A stretch of 61,412 bases of DNA, filler included, from Choristocarpus tenellus KU-1152 (taxonomy: Eukaryota > Protista > Phaeophyceae), in assembly GCA_964200185.2 (NCBI GenBank). It is 7 parts of 7 records of this genome, joined end to end, with 100 filler letters (N's around TTAATTAATTAA, not from the genome) between each part and the next. Parts side by side here need not be neighbours in the genome. Positions count along the whole stretch, not along the records: positions 1 to 24,221 come from CAXNAD020000222.1; positions 24,322 to 41,968 come from CAXNAD020000640.1; 5 more parts are not named here. One strand, given 5' to 3'. Below are positions 13,595-26,473 of this stretch, piece after piece. Numbering within the stretch: the stretch's first letter is position 1; each line of letters begins with the position of its first letter. Under the pieces are notes generated by a model. The model made no database searches and was not told the DNA's origin. It saw nothing but the letters and a program-made list of their open reading frames with translations. A program made the position numbers and the translations under genes.

Positions 13595-16500
13595 ATGGGT
13601 GTCGAGGTGGTTGTGGTGGGCTCGTGCAATACGGATCTGATCGCCTACGTACCTCGACTTCCTGCAAGAGGTATATCCTGAAGCAGTCGTGTACGCTGTC
13701 TGGAACTGTGGGTGTCGGAGGAAGGCTGATGTTTGGTGGTATCAACGTAAAGAACCTTCAATCTAGTTTTTACCCCGTACAATATTTGTATCAAGTGATG
13801 TTTTTTCGGAACTTTTGCAGGTGAAACAATAACCGGAACACGATTCGAGAACCACTATGGTGGGAAAGGAGCAAATCAGGTCAGGAGAGAGGAAAGTAAA
13901 ACGTACGCGATCCTTATACCACTACTACTGTCTAGCATATCCAACTTCAAGTGTATCTCCATTACCCTGATTCTCGGCGATGCCTTCAAATGTGCTATCA
14001 CGAATTTCGGAAAGGAAAGGCTGTCATGGCCAGTCGCTTGGGTTCAAAAGTAGCGATGGTAACTTGCTTGGGTGCTGATTACTTCGGCGAGGGCTACCTC
14101 AGCAACCTAAACAACTTGGGGATCGACTGCACTCATGTGACTAGAACTACTGATGCATCTACGGGAGTGGCACAAATATGTGTTGATGAGCAGGGGTGAG
14201 TTGAAAATGGCATCGTCCAAGGTGTAGAAGATGTTTCGACAAATAGAACTCCCTTAATAACCCCAACTCCTTGACCAAATTAAATCGCATTGCCTCTACC
14301 TGTGAACATGCTAACTACTATCATGATACCCTCTGGCAGCGCGAACTTCATTGCGATTGTGCCAGGTGCGAACCATGTGCTCTCCCCGGAGGATGTCGCG
14401 ATGGCGGGTTCAGGCCTCAAAGGAGCCAGGGTGATGCTGGTGAGAATCTTGAGGGGCTTACACCACAAGGATATCCAAGACGGTGGTTCTTGATCTTTCA
14501 GAAGGGGCACTCGATTACCAAGCATTGCAGATGGCAATTGGTTGGAAGATTAACAATTTGACTGGATGGTAGTACTAGACATGCAATTCGCTGCGTTGTA
14601 AACCTCATACCACAATTATAGTTCCATAAACTACCCATGGAGTGCGTTGGAGTTGTGCAAAAAGCGAGTAAAAAGGTGCCACAAAGCACGGCACGCAGTT
14701 TCACACTAACACACACATAAACACATTATTTTTCATATGCATACCCATTCATGTCCTTGCCACGCCCTTTCAGATGCCTGCCAATCTCTACATTACATAG
14801 TCCCTGCACCCTGAAAATCTTCTCGAATTGATTACTCAGTCTCACACTATGTGACACACAGAGTGTGCACCCCCCCCTCCCCTTTCCCCCACACCCCACC
14901 CTTCAGCATTGGGTAAGATAAAAGTGTGTTCTGAGTTCTATATCAAACCCTTGGTTTTGGGGCATCACAATTAATACTACTTTGTGATTGTGCCACGGGA
15001 ACCAAGAACAGTGTCAGCTGGAGGTTAGGGCCCAGACGACTCTTGCAGCACTGGAGCTTGGGGTTGCAGAAGGGATGCTCACCATCTTCAACCCTGCCCC
15101 AGCAGATCCAAACCTTTCCAATAGGTATGTTTCTCTGTCCATTGTCTTGAGGGCTCAGCCACTCTGGTTGTGTTTATGTTTTGAACAACTTGAATTTAGA
15201 TTTCGTGCAGCTATTGCTTGAGAGTGACTAACATGTTACCTTATATGCTCAGGAAAGGTCAGAGGTGGCAGTATGGAATGAGATAATAGTGTGTGGGGGC
15301 ATGTCAGTCTCTCTAGCTTATCATTATTCCGAGTTATACATTGAAAACATCGTGCATTGGCGCCACCAGCCCTCTGCATCTTTGCTTATATTGTCCTCCC
15401 ACAAAACTTTTGATGTTGTGACTATATCATAGCATTTGTTTCCATCCAAAACACTATGCATCCATTGAATTGAGCTTGGTCTTGGGTGTGATGAGTACAT
15501 TGTGTCGTAATGTGGAGAATATGTACCCTGCACAGTTTGAAGTAAGGCCTTACAGCCTTACAAAAAGTATTTGCGTCAGTACTATATACACCGGAAAATT
15601 TATTTACGTAATTATTTGTGTTTTTGGTCTGAGGTGTCCCAAACCCCATGGTTGAGAGGTAGTGAGAAGAAGGCAATACATGCTGTTGAGAAAGTTTATA
15701 TGCTGTAGAAGAAGAATATAAAGAGAAAAAGTGAAGAAGAAAAAAAAGGTAGATGGAGCATAGTTTATCTACAAAGGGTAGCAAAGAGGGAACCTGCTGT
15801 GATGCGCTGACACCCAATGCCTGAAACAGGATGTCAGTTTTGTTGTGCGACATCAACATGTTCTCTTAGGGGTGGAAGAGGGGGTACTGCGCATGTTAAG
15901 TGCTGAGTTGGTGATCCAGGAAAATGATTGAACGTGAAATGAAGAAAAACACAAGGTGTAGGTAGAGAGATTCTTACTTGTTATTTATTGTACCAACTGT
16001 CATTTCTTTTGTACCCTTTTTGGTTACCATTGATCATCACTGGTAAGAACAAATGATTTCACAATGGATTGCATCCTACTTTTTTTTCCAAGTTTATCGT
16101 AAGAGTAGATCAGAATGTTAAGTGTGACCCCAAGGGTTCATGTCTGGCTTGTAAAGTGTCAGGGGGTGAAAATTTGCATCTTTTTTTTTCTAACTTGAAT
16201 ATAGATGGGGATTGGTCCTTCGCCTTTTGAGAACCACTGAAGCAGTTATTCTTCTTTAGCTCACAGAATGCGGAACATGCAAAAATGCACATATCCACAT
16301 GTGGAGCAGCATAGCAGAGGAGGCTTTATTTATGGTGTTCTATTGGTAGGAGTGAAGAAACTTCCCCCACACACATGAACACAGTACTTCCCAGGAAAGG
16401 CCTTATTTGTCGAAACTTCGCGTCGAAGGATGGCTTGCAAGAAATGGTTTCTATAAATCACAGAAAATGCTGATGTACTTCCGCCCTAGAACAATAAATA

Positions 16501-18555
16501 CCCCCCAAAGTCTGATTCTCAAAAAACCTGAGTATACTTCTAAAATTTCGGGCCTGCTTTCAGAATTTTATGTTTGTCACAGTCGCAAAAATGTTTCAAG
16601 TTACCGCACAAACGACTATTGCTGAACTGTGTAGCATTAAGCATAGAATGTACCTGGTGTTGTAACTGAAAATGCTGGGCAGTGTTTGCATCCTATGCTG
16701 CTTGTTCATCTGTTGGAAAAGTGTAGTGGTGCCTCAGGTATCTCTCATTACTTTGTGAGTCATTCCTGTACTTTGTGTGTGTGTCCTTATGGATAAGTGT
16801 TTCACCGCCTGCTTGAGACATGTGTACATTCAGCGGACTCTAAGGCAAAGTCTTCTTTGCGCTCACTTGTTATTATGAATAACAGACTCAAGGCAGTCAC
16901 TAATTACTCTTCCAGTATTATTCACTCCAACCTGGAGACTATCGACCCTTGGTCTAGTATACTACACTCCAATGCCTCTTACGCTAACAACCCACTGCAA
17001 CTATCTGTTGCACTTACAAATGAGTTGCACTGCCTTCCTCATGAGTTAAACATCCACTCATCACTTCAAGCCTTCCCTTGAATCTTGTGCTGGATCCACC
17101 TTGATGTAACTCATCAATGGAGTCTCACCACGTCATTTTTGGATTCCCTTCATTTTGTGGTGAACAGATAGGATGATACCATACCTCTGTAAGTGTATAA
17201 TTTGTAGCGCTTGCTGTGCAGACTTCGGATCATCGAAGACAGATTTCCCTCAAGGGAAATATTCTACTGTAGAGGTTTGAACCTGCAAAATCTGATGCAG
17301 GGAGTAGTAACCTGCGCAATTTTCTACAAACAGAACATAATTTTGCTCAATTGCGTGCCTATCACTGGTCACAATTGAATTATTCCCACAGCAATATACC
17401 CCACTTTATATTTTGTTGCCTCTGACAATAGCACACATGTTGATAATACACTGTTAGTCTACCTATCTCCCCTCTCTCCTCCTCATTGCCTCACCACCCC
17501 TGTTCCCTTTTGCCTGCCTAACCTGCTGCTGGGTCCACCTCCGTCGCAAATATTCTGACTGTTCCAACTGACCAAAATCTGTGTGAAGATTTCTGGAGCT
17601 GTCTGATGTGGTGTGTGTCAATGAGACTGAGCTGATGCTGCTCTGTTCCCGAGAGGTTGACACTGAAAGTGAAGAGAGTGTGCATCAGGCTGCACTCGAA
17701 CTAATTGCTAGAGGTCGGTAATACAGTGTGCTTCCTTGCGATACGGTGGGGTTGAAGAGTTCATGAACAGATAAATGTATGTGGGTACAAGAAAATTCCA
17801 CTCGTAAGGAAGTTGAAGGAAAAGTCATTTCCCCCTGACACCTCGATTGACTCCAACTTTTGAAGCATCCCTCAGGAAAAGTTGGTTGCATCAGTGCACG
17901 TGGTACTTGACGTCTCGACCACGTCACAGTAAATCCATCTGGCAATGCTGATCATCCAACAGGAGCAAAGGCATTGGTAGTGACTCTGGGTGAGAAAGGA
18001 GCCCTGTTGGTCTCGACGGACTCTCCAGAGGTCTACAAGGTTTTCCCAGCCAGGGAGGTAGATGCAGTGGACACGGTAGGAGCTGGAGATGCTTTCCTTG
18101 GGTCACTTGGAGCGTACCTGGGTCGAGGGCTAAGGTTGGACGAGGCAGTTTGTAAGGCGGTCAGGTGTGTGATTTTTGGGTGATACACAATGCCAGTATT
18201 CCAGTGCAATTGCGCAGTGAATAATTGGATCAATGTCACACTCTCCCCTTTTCATCACCAGTTTTTTTCGTGGAAGATTTAACTTATTTTATTGTTTGTC
18301 ACTGTATATATGTAATAAACGTTCCCAGTCTGGAGTACTCCAGAGTACTCCTACACAGGATGCAATGCTGGAGACTGTAGTTGCTCAAATACTGCTCCTC
18401 ATACATCATGACCAAAGTACCCACAACCTTGGTATCTGTTCTTCCCCACAACTCTCAGGATCGCTTCATTGAGTGTCGAGCATAAGGGGGCCCAGGCGAG
18501 CTTTCCTTCACATTCCGACCTACCCCAAGATCTTCAACTTCCTGAAATGCCCTAG
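13595..18555 (+). CDS. RBKS: Ribokinase (PfkB family), complete, 8 exons
   Basis: Exons 13595-13670, 13821-13879, 14020-14195, 14340-14439, 15012-15124, 17589-17713, 17963-18164, 18459-18555, all phase-compatible. Motifs: VVVVGSCNTDL, GGKGANQAVMASRLG, STGVAQICVD, NPAPA, VNETE, VTLGEKGA and the PfkB signature DTVGAGDAFLG. Stop TAG at 18553-18555. Confidence 0.95.
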
Positions 18556-20030
18556 CCTCACCACGACCTTGGCTGCCTCTCCTGTATCCATGCGGGAGTA
18601 TCATCTTGCATCTTGTCAATTGTCAAGAATGAGTTCTTGGTCTCTTTTATATACAACCCATGATAAGAGTTAGGTTCGGTTTCTTGCCCTCTGTTTTATC
18701 TCATCAGGGCATCGCTGCAGTATCATAGAGTTAACATTCCTTTGTACGGAGAGATGTTTTGTGGTTCACATCATGTGGTCAAATAGATGGGAAAGTAGGA
18801 TCTATCTACTCAATTTCACTCTCATTGATCCACAGATTCGTCTGTTACCTTTGTACTACTCAGAGAGAGCCACAATTCCCTCACTTGTACTGCCAGAACA
18901 TGAACCACCAGATTGAATAAATATGCTCTCCTCCTTCTCAACAGTGATTTTATCATAAGGTAATTTTGCGTTACCAGCAATCCACACAAAATATGCCTCA
19001 AGTAACAGGGGATGTCACAAACACAACCATCACAAAAACAACTTGGTCAATTCATGTATCACCACAGTGACATTGCAAAACAAGATATGAACCATCCACA
19101 ACGGGAAGCTATCAGTCCTAAACCCAGCACTACATGGTTAATGTTGTCTGTGGGAGTTCGCAATCAAGCTTCCTCCCACCTGAAACCTCTAAAAACTCTC
19201 CTTCACCCACAACACGCTCATTACCCAATCAAAAGCCTTCATAGAGAATGTATTTCCACCTCCTCTCCATTGGAGACGAATCAATAGCCACGCACATTTC
19301 AGAAGTATACACTAACAACACACCCTTGGGACACTTGACATAGGAGAGGTACCTCTCCACGTATTGTTTAAATGCAACAAGAATTAAACAAAAGTTGTGG
19401 TCTGGCCAGAAGAACAACCCACAGTGAATGGTACACACGGCACTTGTCAAGGGACACATATAACTACTACGTAACAAAATAACATATACAATGCAAAACC
19501 CCTTTCTTCCCACCGGTCCCCAGTTTTTCATGAAACAAAAATTTGTTCACAAGTTGACTTTGGGCATATTTTTCTACCCCTCACAAACCATGGACTGACT
19601 CACTGCGGTGCTATGCCTTTGAAATGCCCTCCTCACAGGTTTCCCTTCAACATTGATAAACATCCACTCTCAATAAGCACAAAAAATCTCGTCAAGAGAT
19701 ACATACATGCCTGTTCAAAGGAGCAAAAATCCTCAACTAATCATCATTCAGTCCCCTCACTCTCCTCACTGCTTTCTGAATCCTTGCAGCAATTTTGATG
19801 ACCACTGCAACTTTTTCCACCTCCCTCACTGTTCAGCTTACCAACAGACACATTTTGCCCAGTGTGATGGGATTGTAGAGGTGTACATCAATCTCTACAT
19901 TGGACTGATACATTTTTCGACATTTGGCAAACACTAGAGGAAGTGGATGATAATACATACTTTGAATTGTTGGCCTGAGGTAAAGATGCACAATGATACG
20001 CTTGTGGGGAAGATTCTGAAGGCACCCGTT

Positions 20031-23000
20031 TCATGCCAAGTTGCTGTTCTTTTGGTCCACCTCTGCCTTCATCTGACAACAGTCACAGAATATGAGCATT
20101 TGTGTAGTGGGGGTATGTGTGTCTGTTGTGAGGACTCCAGAGCGTGAAAAAAGACCTTTAGTTGTGATACTTGAGTAGTATATTCTTGTAAAATTCTCGT
20201 CAAGTCACTCGCATAAAGTGACAAGACCCTCAATGTATTCTCCAAATCCAATACACACGTCAAACTGTGCCCACTGAAAAAACATCATGGGTCATAGAAG
20301 AAGAGTGCATCTAACAAACACAAGTAGCACCAAACATCACAGGTCATTAGCTCTTGATACATCAAGGGAAAAGTAAATTGTCTCAATAACCTTTCCCCCT
20401 CATCTCACACCTGAATAATCAGTGAACGCATTTTTTCTGTTGACTGAAAGGCTGATGCATCCTCCGTAACCAGTGCTTCCACTTCCCCGAGCACCCCTAC
20501 CTTTCCCCTACGCCCTGCCAACCCATTTGCTCCTATCTTTGGCAATGGTTCCTTTAGGTCCACCAGGTCACAGACACGAGCCCAGGGGTTGGTGGCAGAC
20601 TCCACAATCGCTGAATTGATCCCCTGGAGGAAAGATTCTTCCTGCTCTCGGAATACAGCCTGCCGCCGTGCCACCTTGGAGTACATGTACAAAAATAAGA
20701 ATATTGATGAGAGAGTGTGAAAACCGCACTCTAAAGATTTTTTAAAGGGAAAAAGGGGGAAAGTAACTAAATATCCACTGCAGCTTAGCATGCCAACAAC
20801 ACGCACTCAGGAACTTGAATCCTGTCATAACTGCTACTACTGTGGGTCTCACTACTGTCACGTGAGTATCGTTTGGTAAAATGGTATTGCCGTGTCACAT
20901 AGGACAATCGTGGCACCTGATGCAATTAGAACAGGTCAACTATGATGATGATGGTTGCAAACCAAATACAAGAGCCTAAATAGCACACTATGATTTGTGC
21001 AACCATGAAATGCTCTAGAGCAAGTTACGGAATCACCCCGGGACAGCACAGAGCACACATTAAAACTGTCTTTATCTCTCATTGCACCAGTGGAAATTTT
21101 CTCAAAAGGATACACTTGTTGAGCCAGCCCTGAGAAGTGTTTTTCTTTCTTTGTAACTTACCCCTAAAAACACGATGGCCAAGTTGAGACAATTTTCTCT
21201 TTCAAGTGGGCCACATTTTACAGAGTTGAAGTACTGACAGTTCCCACATGTACCACCACATGATGTAACAAAGTCAAACTCAATACCAATGGTACTCTGT
21301 GCTTCGAAGCATACACATGATGGGTACCACTAACATTCCTTTGTGTCATTGAGTCAGGCAGGTCACAAGCAAACCCCTGGAGATACAATATACACCCTCG
21401 GTGTGCATCACATGGAGTTGGGAGGGAACCTACCAGTATGGAATGAAAATCCTCCCAAGCCAACAGTGAAATTCGACACAACAGCACTAGTGAACCAAAA
21501 GTTTTATCACATTAGGTGCACCCTCAACATGCCACTTTAAAATTTCTTCTGTCATATTATCGGGACAAGTGCAGAAACTTAGGGTTAGGTTAACTAAATG
21601 TATTTAGCCATGTAAGAATACACGACTAAAAGACTTCACTCAATTTATCTCTAAAAGCATGTAAATATTTCATGTAAACAGTTACCCTTGACAATGTACA
21701 AGATCCACCTGATACCTCATACAAAAATGAAGCATCTAACCTGATCTGTTCTATCATCGTAGAATCGATCAAGGTCTTCCTCTGCACGCCGCAACGCCTC
21801 CCCAGCTTTCTGCAACTCCAACTGTGCTCTTTCAGACAGCTGGGCCTCAAACGCCTGCATCAAGTTCTCCAATACCCCAGCACTTTCCTCCTCAGTGTAT
21901 AGGTCTGTGGGGCGCCGTGGAGCAGGCACCATTGGCATCTGCTGCAGAGGAAAGATAGACACAGACACAAAGAGTATATAAGCGAAATGCTCATGGGCTT
22001 TAAACCTCAAGTTAAAATGGAGAAGAATGTCAACTTTTGGGAGGGGATATGGCATTATCGCAGGTCTGTAGTCAATATTCGGTAGCCCTGGAGTGTTATT
22101 AAAGGGCTCCGCATAGGTATACTTATGGTAGGGTTACTACTACCCTGTCAGAGTTGAGCAGGGGGACATACAAACAAAAGAAAGGACTTATAATCCACCC
22201 AAGACAAAACCAATTTTTCAGGTTTGTGAGTCGATAGTTTTGGTAAAATAAATTAAATTACCTCAAAACTTGAACTGCACTGAATTAGAATCAAAATGTG
22301 CACACAGCAGATGTCACAAGGCAGACAAATTTCTGAGCACTGAGAAATTCTAGAAGAACACACAGCAAAATGACAATTGATAAAATGACCAATTGAATTT
22401 GACCCCTCGATTTCTGTTGTTTATGTTCATTGATAAAATATGATCATGATTCAATCGCCATGATTCACAACCTGTAAGATTTACCAATACTTTGACTGAG
22501 GTAGACCAATAAAGGCTCATGCAGCGGTTGTTGCTTTGCCCATGTGTTTTGCTACAGATCAATACTTGGCATAACTGGCAGTCCAGAGAGAACCCTGTTT
22601 TCACAGACATTGTAGACTGTCGCGATCACCATCAGTGTTGCGGAGAAACTAGAGTTCGAAACGTAAAAGACTCAGTAAAGCAATGGGAAATTTTGACCAA
22701 GATCTTCGCAGTAGATTAGAACACTAGGTGAGAACTAATCTCAGATTTAGTTGGAAGAAAATATGGAATTCAATATGATACCAACATAGAGGGCACAATG
22801 AACGGGGTGCGAAGTGGGAAAGTGAGGGAAAGAAACAGTTTCGCATTGAGGGCAAGGGGCAAGGAGAACATTGAAGCCATCACACAATGCTACCATCTCC
22901 CTGGAATGTGTGCAAAATGAGTAAAGACGGAATTAGGGCTAACAGATACACTTGCCTGAGGCTGCAGGCCAACGTTGACCTCATTATACTCGAATCCGCC

Positions 23001-23138
23001 AAAGTTGTCCTGCCTAGGATCTGGAAGGACTAACGGTTGTCCCATTCCTCCAACTCCCTCCGGCGGGCCCTCTTGCAAAAATTCCTGCATTCCTTCATTG
23101 TATGACCCACTGGCAGCTCCGTTCATTTCCCCGTCCAT
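20031..23138 (-). CDS. Clathrin light chain, complete, 4 exons (first intron GC-AG)
   Basis: Exons 23138-22956, 21941 (or 21938, NAGNAG)-21741, 20674-20411, 20072-20031. Acidic N-terminus, central coiled coil (AEEDLDRFYDDRTDQV...REQEESFL), NPWARVCDLVDL and C-terminal TEKMRSLIIQMK match the clathrin light chain pattern. Confidence 0.85.
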
Positions 23139-24221
23139 TTGAACCCCCCGTCCCCCTTTTTCTCCTCTTCTCCCTCCTATTTGGGTGAGTCAAGCCAGGA
23201 CAGCAGAGCACCTGGACAGGTTCCAGCAAGACACACCCCTGGTGATCTTCTGTTGGTTGTTCGCATATTGTACGACGCATCGCGAGGGAAGGGAATCCAA
23301 TGTTCAGTTCCGCCTGAGAAAGTAGTGCGGACGAGGAAGACTTCGGTGCCATTGACGAAACATATTCACAACATGAAAGGAGAATCAGGAAGGGTATAGA
23401 GAGATACCCGCCAGTATGATCTCATTCGTCGGTTATCGTCAAGGAGATAGATGACTTCATATGGAACCCGAAAAGTCAAGGAATAGGTGTGAGAATTGAG
23501 GTGCTGTCGCCAAGACAACAGATAGAAACTCTATGTCGAGGACTCATAACCGCGCTTTTACGTTGTGCGCGGCGCGGATATCTATTAGTGTGATTATTTT
23601 GGAGATTGTACCTGTCGTGAATAGTCAAAAGTGAGGAACTAACACCCACTCTGTTTTAAGGTTTAGTACGAAGTCTTGTCCAGGTTTTGGGGCAATTCTG
23701 AATATGTCAAGGACACAAAAGATGAAAGAAAGATATTGGAAGACTTCTCAAATAATAGACTCACCACAGGATTCGACCAGTGAGGGTTGTGAAGGTGCAC
23801 CTGGTCCCTTCACCAATGTTGTCAATTCACTATTTCCTCACTCCTCTCTCTTCCAAGAAGAAGTCTTGGATGGCGTTCTTTGGAAGAATATATATATATA
23901 TAAAGTGTTGGTATAGTGATACCAGTAGCTTCGCCCTCTGGGGTTGTCCCGTCATAACTTTTGATGTGGACATCGGATTTTGAAAATAAAAGCATATTCA
24001 TGATGCCCGTCACAATGCCCTCCAGATTAAGGGCTTCGTGTTTTTTTTTCTCGCCATTTTTCCTTTTATTTGAAGAAAGAGCGTTTATATTGTGGTTCGA
24101 ACCCCCGATTGTAGGTCACCAAAAGTAGCAACAGATGCACTCTTACTTGATCAAAGTACAGTACCTACCCCGATTTTGTTCACCCATGGGCATGCCCTAA
24201 AAAAGCGGCACACAATCTATA

Positions 24222-24321
24222 NNNNNNNNNNNNNNNNNNNNNNNNNNNNNNNNNNNNNNNNNNNNTTAATTAATTAANNNNNNNNNNNNNNNNNNNNNNN
24301 NNNNNNNNNNNNNNNNNNNNN
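24222..24321. other. Artificial contig linker N44-TTAATTAATTAA-N44
   Basis: Exactly 100 nt with a six-frame stop spacer; the identical structure occurs six times in the window. Confidence 0.98.
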
Positions 24322-26473
24322 TTCATTTTACCATTGGCTTTGTCAACCAGGAACACCCTTGAACTTGTCAACGAACTAGTTATTTTTTTGTAGACCTATG
24401 ATCCTTGGTAATGCTCTTGATACTGCTACAAATCATACATTGGGGAGGTATTTTCCACTTCTATGAATTTGCCAAAGCGAGACTGGAGGTCTATATTCTA
24501 GAAGTCAACTACTATGTTCAATCAGTGATTGTCTTGACAAGTTTACTGAAAGCAGACACAACCACATATTGGTATCACCTTGAGTTTGGTCCAAGTGAAT
24601 ACCTCCCATTCATTGACACACATGTTGGGGTAAATAAATTGTGAGAAAAGGCAAGAGTTCCTCTCGACTCAAGAGTGGAGCTTTTGCCCCTAATCTCTCT
24701 AAAGGTAAGCCCCAGTAGGTTTGACTGTTTTTGCCAATAAACCTGGTGTTTTGTTGATTTCACTATTACGCATGCCACCTAATGTGCAGGGCATTTTTTG
24801 CTTTCTGGGCACTATTTGGAAGAAAGCTTTTGTGAAGTTTGGGTTGATCAGCCAACAGCAATTGCTATTATCTCATTGTTAATATGTTTACTTTCAATCA
24901 AGGAATCAGGTGAAAGCTCGAAACTAAGTTGGTGCACTACTTAACTCCTATATGTAAATATTAGCTGTTGGTATCTGCATAAGGCTTGGGGGACCTTTCA
25001 GCAAGGTCTGCGAGCCGTTTGAATTTTAGAAGTTGACACTTGGGAGGACCATACTTGGTTGTCCAAGGAGAACAGGAGAAGATGAACAGATCTGAGCGCA
25101 TTTTTTTTGCAATTCAGCCAATCTTGAGTTATCCGCGACCCAAAGAAGGATTCCCTGCCTGGTGCATAATAAAAGAGGTTGATAGAGCCAGTGTTAGAGG
25201 TATCTGTTGACAAGGCTATCTCACAAATCAAGAGGGGGAAGTCAACCAAATATTAGGTAAGGGCCCGCATGGCTGCATGAGGAAGAACTGGCTAGTGGAT
25301 GCCATCAATCAAGCATAGCTGATTCAAGAAAGCAGGTGGAGAAAGTCAGGTTGGCCAGGGGAGAGGTGGTTTTGGAGGGGCAGCCATGTATGCTACTGAT
25401 CACATACAACAGGTTCATCAGTGACAACTGTATTGGCCTAAGTGGAGTGTTTGAGACTATTTACCAAATAGTGGGAGAGGGAAAAACACATGCAAAATTT
25501 GAGAGGAAGGGAAAGATCCTGAGTACCTCAGTGATCGGGAGGACAGGCATTGATCTGAAATCGATTAGGAGGTGCTAGCTTGTCAAACCACAGCTTGGTG
25601 AGCTGGAGGTCTGCGTTGGAAATGTGGTTTTCTTTCAGAACTTGCTGGCTTGGGTAAAGACAAAATTTGAGCGGAACTTTCATCGAAGGATCTGGGCTGT
25701 GTACAGAGAAGGGAATGAAATAGTATCTCACATATCATAGAAGAGAGGAAATCACATATTTGCTGGTTCCTGATAGAATAATTAGGAACCTTGGAAGTAG
25801 GTAGTTGATTGCAACACTGTCATTGTCTTCATGGAGTGATCATTTTTTACATCAGTTTCATGGTCCAAATTTTACAGTTGCAACAATGTAAGCCACAAAA
25901 AACATTCAGCATTAGTCCTATGGATGTCAGCATTCCGATGGCAAAGGTTTCATGTCATGAAAAGGTAAAGAACATAATTTAAATACCAAAACAAAAATAC
26001 CTCAACAGAAATTTTCCAAACACCTTTCCCCCCCCTTACAATCACTGTCATCATCCTGGCCCGGTCTACTTAGGTCTTTGAGGCAATGCCAGCATCTTTT
26101 GCGTAGAGGATACTCCACAGGCGGAGTATAGGTGTCATCCCATTTCTTGCAGTCCCTCCTCTTCTGACCTTGAATCTCTTGTGACGACTGCATCAGTTGA
26201 ACTCCCTTGCTGCTAGATATAGAATTGTGATAAAGAAAATGGGAAGAGGATGGGAGCAAGGACACACCCGCGACAAGGCCTTAGTTAACTGGGGATTAGT
26301 CTGAGCATTCCCCAGCAAACATGCGGTCACATGGCCTCATGAAATGGTGAAGAGAGAAGGAAACATGCACCTGTCTGTATGTGAACAATTCTTCCTATAT
26401 GTATGACAACCTCAAGCACCAACGTATGTATATATATAGAATGCTAGGGAAATGTCTCCCTCCAAGCATGCAG

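Noticed and set aside
24322-26470. Upstream UBA1 exons or a retroelement remnant
   Set aside because: No recognisable E1 motif (e.g. D.IEKSNL.R) and only vague TE-like fragments; cannot be assigned.
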